DNA of 64,000 nucleotides from Folioceros fuciformis (Eukaryota), in assembly GCA_049999805.1 (NCBI GenBank), contig JBNGIO010004611.1, forward strand, positions 1-64,000, read 5' to 3'. A program made the translations under genes and the position numbers. The number at the start of each line of letters is the position of its first letter. Within the stretch, counting starts at the first letter, position 1. The notes below the pieces were generated by a model. The model had not been told where the DNA came from, ran no database searches, and worked only from the letters and a program-made list of their open reading frames with translations. Shown here in pieces: positions 58,901 through 64,000 of the stretch.

Positions 58901-59788
58901 CTCCTGCAGGCATGTGCAAGTTTGGCAGCATTGCATGCAGGAAAACAGCTCCACGCACAGATTAAAGAGCAAGGGCTGGAAGGTGATTCGGCAATAGCCA
59001 CCAGTCTGATAAACATGTATGCAAAGTCCGGCAGCATGTTTGACGCACAACAGGTGTTCAATTCATTATCCAAAAGAGACATAGTCACCTGGAATACCAT
59101 CATTGCAGGCTACAGCCGTCAGGGAGATAGCGAAGTCGTCTTTGACCTGATTCACAGAATGCAGGAGGCTCGCATTCGGCCAAACAGCATCACGTTCGTC
59201 AGTCTTCTGACAGTATGCAGTCACGCAGGCCTAGTGGACAAGGGACACGAGTACTTCGAGGCCATGAGCGGGCAATACGGCATCAGTCCCACCGCGGAGC
59301 ACTACTCCTGCATGGTGGATCTCCTGGGTCGTGCAGGCCATCTGCACCAGGCACTGGCGGTGGTGATGGCAACGCCTATACAGCTCGATGGCACAGTTTG
59401 GCACACTCTGTTGGGCGCTTGTCAGAAGTGGAGCAACGTGGAGATAGGGCGTTATGCTTTCTATGAAGCGATGAAACTAGACGAGAAAGACGCATCGGCA
59501 TACGCCTTGATGTCCAACATTTACACTAGCGTCCAGATGTGGGAGGAGGCAGAGCAGATGCATGTCAGGAGAACATCCATTCGCGCGTGGAAGCAGCCGG
59601 GCCGGAGCTGGTGGACAGATGTCGACGGGACAATTCATGGGTTTATGGTCGGGGATAGAAAACATCCCGAAAGCAAGAGTATACATGCAAGGCTGAAACT
59701 GCTCATTTCCCATGTGAAGAGAGAACGATATATTTCTCCACCGGGCTCGACGGTGGACATGGCGAACGATAATGACAACAGAGTTTAG
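55961..59788 (+). CDS. PLS-class PPR protein F (8 P1L1S1-type L motifs + P2L2S2-E1-E2-E+), longest of the cluster
   Basis: 1275-aa intronless ORF; WKQPGRSWWTD..IHGFMVGDRKHPESKSIHARLKLL..*; no deaminase motifs. The family-aligned Met is 56219. Confidence 0.95.
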   Translation: MRVCSVAFDRRSGQQEFLLGELSWTGHTSGLERIARRPVSLNVRSHQLACKEATRGSRLARHPARSRECPAGERSSTEQLAALNWQMDHRRLRTSDWSLSDRPDPGRLARCETVVSPETVSKLCQHRQITEAVEALGILVQTYHPISTSLFYTVIKACKAEKTVFLGRRVHALTVVQGYESDTFLCNHILRMYASHDRLQEAMDVFTVVAKPDVFMWSSIISSHAQNGQAKHAIQLYCQMRRSSVKPDGHVFVAALQACAKEADLETGQQVHDDVLASGSEPDMFVSSCLVDMYAKCGSLEDAQRVFERLPQKNVVTWTSLLAGYSQQGMGQEAIRLYNTMQQEGIAKPDSVTLVCLLQACASVGTQALVKGMQLHAQIRDLGLEADVFVANTLINMYAKCGSIQDAQSVFHGLGEKDVVTWNSMIAAYSQQGMGEEALHLYRAMQQGGMIAPNSVTFVCLLQACASVGTQALEQGKQLHVQIGDHGLEADVAIGNNLINMYAKCGSLGDARTMFDRLEIKDVVTWTALIAGYSQQGMGEEAFHLYRAMLVDGVATPDAVTFVCLLQGCASLGTRALDTGKQLHAQINEQGLQLNVSVANSLISMYAKCGSIEEAQRVFDGISEKYVATWNSMIAGYSQEGMGQEALHLFSAMEQEGSAEPDTMTFVCLLQACAGIGDAALADGKQLHAQIRERGIEVDLILGCSLVNMYAKCGSLEEAQSVFNRLGEKDVVTWNAMIAGYSQQGMVGKALELHTAMQEAGIVTSDSVTFVCLLQACACVGTPALEIGKRLHAQIGEQGLASHLAVSNNLINMYAKCGSLEDARSVFYGLVQKDVVTWTTLIAGFSQQGMGDEALELYSAMQGEGLQALDSVTFVCLLQACAAVGSPALDIGKQLHAKIGEQGLQADLFVGNSLISMYAKCGSLQEAQDVFDRLPQRDVVTWTALIAGYGEQGMDVEALSVYSAMQQGCRTPPDVVTFVCLLQACASLAALHAGKQLHAQIKEQGLEGDSAIATSLINMYAKSGSMFDAQQVFNSLSKRDIVTWNTIIAGYSRQGDSEVVFDLIHRMQEARIRPNSITFVSLLTVCSHAGLVDKGHEYFEAMSGQYGISPTAEHYSCMVDLLGRAGHLHQALAVVMATPIQLDGTVWHTLLGACQKWSNVEIGRYAFYEAMKLDEKDASAYALMSNIYTSVQMWEEAEQMHVRRTSIRAWKQPGRSWWTDVDGTIHGFMVGDRKHPESKSIHARLKLLISHVKRERYISPPGSTVDMANDNDNRV

Positions 59789-60109
59789 AAGGCAGGCCCT
59801 GACTACCTGGGGTATGAGATCTGCTGCGGCGGTGGTTATAAGTGTTCAGTTGTACAATTCCCCCGGTTGTGCAAATCCAACAGATGCTGCACCAGGACTG
59901 CCCCGAGCAAGAAAACTTCCACATCAATATTGCGAAATTTAATCATGTTTTCTGATAGGCCGTGCCCACAATTTGCCTATAGACGAAGCCTAACCCTCAC
60001 ACTGATCCTAACACATCTCCTTACCCCTTCTCCCCTTAACCTTAAAACCCCTAACCCTAACGCTCCGAATTGCATCATGTAGAGCCTGAGGCAAGCCAGT
60101 ATTGCCGTG

Positions 60110-61425
60110 TATACTTTACCTGCTGCCCTTGTTTACTTTGACGCTGCGATTGTTCAAGCGTCTGCTGCTGCTACTGCACAGCGCTTGTGTCTGACCCCAG
60201 ACTGCATTTGATGAAGCGGCACTTGATGTGCTTGCATCATCTGACTTGCCAGGCCCGGTTGATGCAACACACTCTGCTAACCTTGGTGTGCTTGTTGACC
60301 AACTTCCTGAGTTTGTTGTGTTCGAGAGGACCTTCTCCGCTTGAATGCCTCGATAATGCTCACAATCTGCTTCTCAAAGATCTCCAGCTTCTCTAGATTG
60401 AACTCCTTTGGCACTCTCTCTTTTCGCACAGTCAAGTAGGGGATCATCCGCTGGAGAACTTCCTTATAGTGCTGCAGCTTGGACTGATGTTCTGGCAGCA
60501 TTGTCTAACATACCCACCAACCCTTGCATCAGCAAACCATAACAAATCCAGGTACAATATACAAGCCCCCANNNNNNNNNNNNNNNNNNNNNNNNNNNNN
60601 NNNNNNNNNNNNNNNNNNNNNNNNNNNNNNNNNNNNNNNNNNNNNNNNNNNNNNNNNNNNNNNNNNNNNNNAGGTAGAGGAAGGGAGAGAGACTGAGGGG
60701 GAGAGAACAAAGACGAGGCAAATGGAGGGAAGGACGCCAAAGCGAGAGGGAGAAGGAGAAGCCAAAGAAAGGGAAAGGAATGGGACGGGAATAGGAGGCC
60801 GAGGAACCTGTGTGCTCTTGTTGACCAGCATTTGGTAAAGCTCACGCATATCTTCAAAATGCTTCTCCCTCAAGACTTGGAGCTACACACAATGGCTACA
60901 CATTGATTAGAAGTCCAAACCACGACCGATCTTCGGGTAACCAGCTCTGCATTCATAACTGACATCACCTTGGGCCACACAAGATCACGTTCATCACCAA
61001 TGGAATGCCCTGATGGATCGAGGGAGGCTGTAAAACAAAGTGTCAGTGAAGATAAGGATTATCTTACGCATTTCACAAGGTTGACCTACCATACCCACCA
61101 GATGACGCTTCAGGAAGGGCCCGTTGCCGATTTGTCTGTAGCACCTGCTGCTGTTCAACAAGACTGTGCCCTTCCGACTGTTGAATTCCCTGTTGTAGCT
61201 GACTACTTACAGCCGGAGGCATCTGGAGTGGCTGCTGAGATACATGCTGTGACACAGCCTGACTGTTCCATGTTAAGCCCATCGAGTTTCTCCAAAGCCT
61301 CTCCCTCTGACCTGGTCACCGCCCTGGGTAATTCCTGCTGCGATTCCTCCGCCAGCAGAAGACTACGCTCTGGTGTCCAGAGAAAGCCTTTTCAGCGATA
61401 GCTTTCGAAGATAATCTACCTGAAA
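60110..61425 (-). pseudogene. MED15 partial duplicate 3 (inverted; exon 3, end of exon 4 and following exons with introns; polyQ deleted)
   Basis: DYLRKLSLKRLSLDTRA*; QQPLQMPPAVSSQLQQ..RALPEASS; LREKHFEDMRELYQMLVNKSTQ; MLPEHQSKLQHYKEVLQRMIPYLTVRKERVPKEFNLEK..QQAHQG*; premature stops; introns align to 47.7-48.6 kb. Confidence 0.9.
60572..60671. other. Assembly gap (100 N)
   Basis: Run of n characters. Confidence 1.
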
Positions 61426-61720
61426 CAGCTAGCTATCGAATAGCACACCGGCCACCGGCCCTTCGAAGATGATCTTGCTCACACAACACAGCTATGAAAT
61501 AGCACACCGCCTACCGGCCCTTCGACGATGCTCTTGCTCACACAACACAGCTATGACATAGCACACCGCCTGCCGGCCCTTCGAAGATGCTCTTGCTCAC
61601 ACAACACAGCTATGAAATAGCACACCGCCTACCGGCCCTTCGAAGATGATCTTGCTCACATAACACAGCTATGAAATAACACACCGCCAACCGGCCCTCG
61701 AAGCTGATCTTGCTCAGACA
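61405..61720. repeat. 59-bp minisatellite, ~5 copies (gaagatgatcttgctcacacaacacagctatgaaatagcacaccgcctaccggcccttc)
   Basis: Successive 60-nt lines from 61441 to 61720 are offset by exactly one base. Confidence 0.95.
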
Positions 61721-62199
61721 AGACAGTCCTGGAATACCACCCTAGGAAAAAGGCAGAGGTGGTATTTTTCCCGTCCATGGGATTCAAATCTTCCGGAATG
61801 TTCACGAAATTTCGCGAATATTCCAAGACAAGCACCACACGGTTCCTCGTTACGCCGCACATCACTTACGCGCACACGACGGTACACTGCGCATCACTTA
61901 CGGGCAACGGCATTACACCGCGAGTCAGTTACGGCCTCACGGCGTTACTCCGCACATGACTTACGGCCCACGGTGTGACTTACGGAAACAGTCTGGAAAG
62001 GGAAGAGTACGAGATTCTGGACTGTTGCACCGTTCCTAATGGAAAGGAAAGCGTTGCTGCAACACACTATGAGGTCCTTGGGTTTAGGGCTTCCGTAAGT
62101 TTGCGGGGAACGTAGAGCTTGGTGTGCAAGTTGAAGAGCAATTGGAACCCTAAGCTTGGAGGCTGGCAGGCGTGGAGCGGAGAGGAATGAGGTAGCGAA

Positions 62200-62500
62200 G
62201 CTGATGATGAGCAAGCTGCATTGCAACATCTAATTGCACTAGCTGATGAAGGTCAGGCTTCGTTAGGGCATCTAACTGCGCTGGCTGATGAAGGACAAGT
62301 TCAGCAGGTCATCCCTAGGCACAATCCAGGAGACGCTTTTGCATCTGCAGGACAAGCTTCATCGGGGCATGGTGCTGATGAAGGAAAGCTTCATCAGTCT
62401 TGGCATGGAAGATGGTGAAGGAAAAGCTTCATCAGGGCAGAAAAGCTGATGAAGGAAAAGCTTCATCAGGCATCAAAACGAATGAAGGAAAAGCTTCATC
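62200..62500. repeat. Array of palindromic repeats ctgatgaag-(g)aaaag-cttcatcag, about 7 degenerate copies
   Basis: Perfect 9-bp stems near 62375 and 62446; degenerate copies near 62201, 62243, 62285, 62345, 62413 and 62482. Confidence 0.75.
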
Positions 62501-62682
62501 AAAAATTTAACTGCACCGGCTATCTGAGCCCATGGTTGAACACCCGGTTTAGATTGGCCTCCGCCTCTTAAGCGGCCATCGAAACCTGTACTTCCTTTTC
62601 CCCCATTTCGTCACTGTTCATATTGGCCTCCGCCTCTTAAGCGGCCATTGAAACGTGTACTTCCTTGTCCCCATTTCGTCAC

Positions 62683-64000
62683 AAGGGAAGACCTCACAAG
62701 ACAACTCTAGTGAAACAAGACAACTCTAGTGAAGGATCAAAGGAGAAAGCTGAAGGACCGCTAGAGGAGCTGCATGGTGAAGGAAGGAGAGGAGGAGGCA
62801 AGGAGGAGAGGAGAAAGAGAGGTCACACTCTCAGTGTCTCACTATGAAAGGGAGCTCAAGGGGGTATTTATACCCTCTAGTAGAGTTCCCTAGAAAGCTT
62901 CACAAGAAGTGCACAGGATGCTGCGCAAGAAGCTTCCTACATATTAGCTTAAGCTAATATAAACAAATGGTACTTAACTAGACACTAATCTTAGACTAAA
63001 CACATTAGTCTAAGCTCATTGGGCTGTATTAACCCTACAACCTCCCACTTAAAGGCCAATTTACTTTCATAGGAGAGTGGTCTACCTCATGCCATGAGTG
63101 TCCGAGCTTGTGCGAATTGCTCCGTAGAGAGCCCCTTGGTAAGAACATCTGCAGGGTTCTGACAAGTGTGAACTTTGACAAGCTGTACCCTCTTGTCTTC
63201 CAACACCTCTCGAATGAAGTGATACCTCACTTCCATATCTTTGGTCTTTGCATGAAACACAGGATTCTTCGCCAATTGAATAGCACTCTGGCTATCACAA
63301 TGCAACACTGGCAGCTCAACCTTGATCCCCAAATCTCCCACTAAACGAGCAAGCCACATGGCTTCCTTGCAAGCCTCAGTCGCTGCAACATACTCAGCCT
63401 CGGTGGTAGATAGCGTTATGCACGATTGCAAACGAGATCGCCATGAGACTACCCTTTCAGTGCACATGAAGACATAACCTGATGTGGACCTCCTTTTGTC
63501 CATATACCCTGCATAATCAACATCCGTATATCCCACAACAGATGCATCTTCACTACCAAAACATAAGCACAATGCTTTTGCACCATTCAAGTACCTCATA
63601 ACTCCTTTCACTACCTCCTAATGCTTCCTGCCAGGGTTTGACATAAACCAGCTAACCACTCCCACTGCAAAAGCAATGTCAAGACGTGTAGTAATCATTG
63701 CATACATCAAACTCCCTACAGCTGATAAGTATGGAACTTTCTCCGTTTCAGCTTTGTCTTCCGTAGAGCTTGGGCAATCCTTGCTCGACAGTTTCACATA
63801 TGGAGGCAACGGTGTACTCAATACCTTCCCGTTCTCCATGTTGAAACGTTGAAGCACCTTGTTAATGTATTCAGTCTGAGGTAAGTAAAGTAAACGCTTC
63901 TGTCTGTCTCGACCGAATACGCATGCCAAGAATATGGCTTGCCTCTCCCAAGTCTATCATGTCAAAGCGAGCATTCAACTTTGACTTTAACGCTGAAATC
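62683..64000 (-). mobile_element. Ty1/copia LTR retrotransposon 3' end (RT-RNase H, PPT, 3' LTR), inactivated; continues beyond the window
   Basis: VPYLSAVGSLMYAM..R.DIAFAVGVVS; GYTD.DYAG..D.RRSTSGYVF..VSWRS..LSTTEAEYVAA..LHCDSQSAIQLAKNPVFHAKTK..YHFIRE..NPADVLTK; in-frame TAG replacing W (63618-20) and a frameshift near 63930; PPT aagtgggagg (63041-63050) followed by TGTAGG (LTR start 63039); TATAAATA at ~62865-62872. The distal LTR boundary is uncertain. Confidence 0.93.

Noticed and set aside
25668-59788. U-to-C editing (DYW:KP / GRP-type) factors
   Set aside because: None of the six has a KP-type box or any complete deaminase-like domain; the boxes are WW- or PG-type.
60040-60062. aaccctaaccctaa as an interstitial telomere
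   Set aside because: Only 2-3 imperfect units; too short to support.
62200-62500. Palindromic repeats with variable spacers as a CRISPR array, or CUGAUGA as a hammerhead ribozyme core
   Set aside because: Eukaryotic context, degenerate repeats, irregular and mutually related spacers, no cas genes; the GAAA and stem I/III arrangement of a hammerhead is absent.

Overview
Eukaryotic nuclear DNA from a compact, intron-rich (~80-250 nt GT-AG introns) land-plant genome with flagellated sperm. A hornwort is most likely, an inference from the axonemal genes CFAP77/CFAP99 and the PLS-class PPR genes with a 'PGQSWW' PG-box variant. The left 24 kb is gene-dense: tandem two-domain USP protein, Ycf20/NPQ6-like, PRP38B/SRL1-like, histone H2A, a mitochondrial-carrier-family gene, CFAP77, CFAP99 and a DnaJ-ferredoxin chaperone. 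The right 40 kb is a duplication-rich locus. It holds six PLS-E/E+ PPR (organellar RNA-editing specificity factor) ORFs without an intact DYW deaminase, one with a readable decayed DYW remnant behind its stop. These are interleaved with an intact polyQ-rich MED15 gene, three partial MED15 copies (one could encode a 78-aa KIX-only microprotein), several minisatellites (one born from a MED15 splice junction), a 100-N assembly gap and a dead Ty1/copia element running off the right end. The most interesting signal is the PPR array itself: near-invariant N- and C-terminal caps around a variable number of PLS triplets, a microhomology-mediated motif deletion and staged loss of the DYW domain, i.e. 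a visible birth-and-death locus for editing factors. All assignments come from reading the sequence; no database searches were run.
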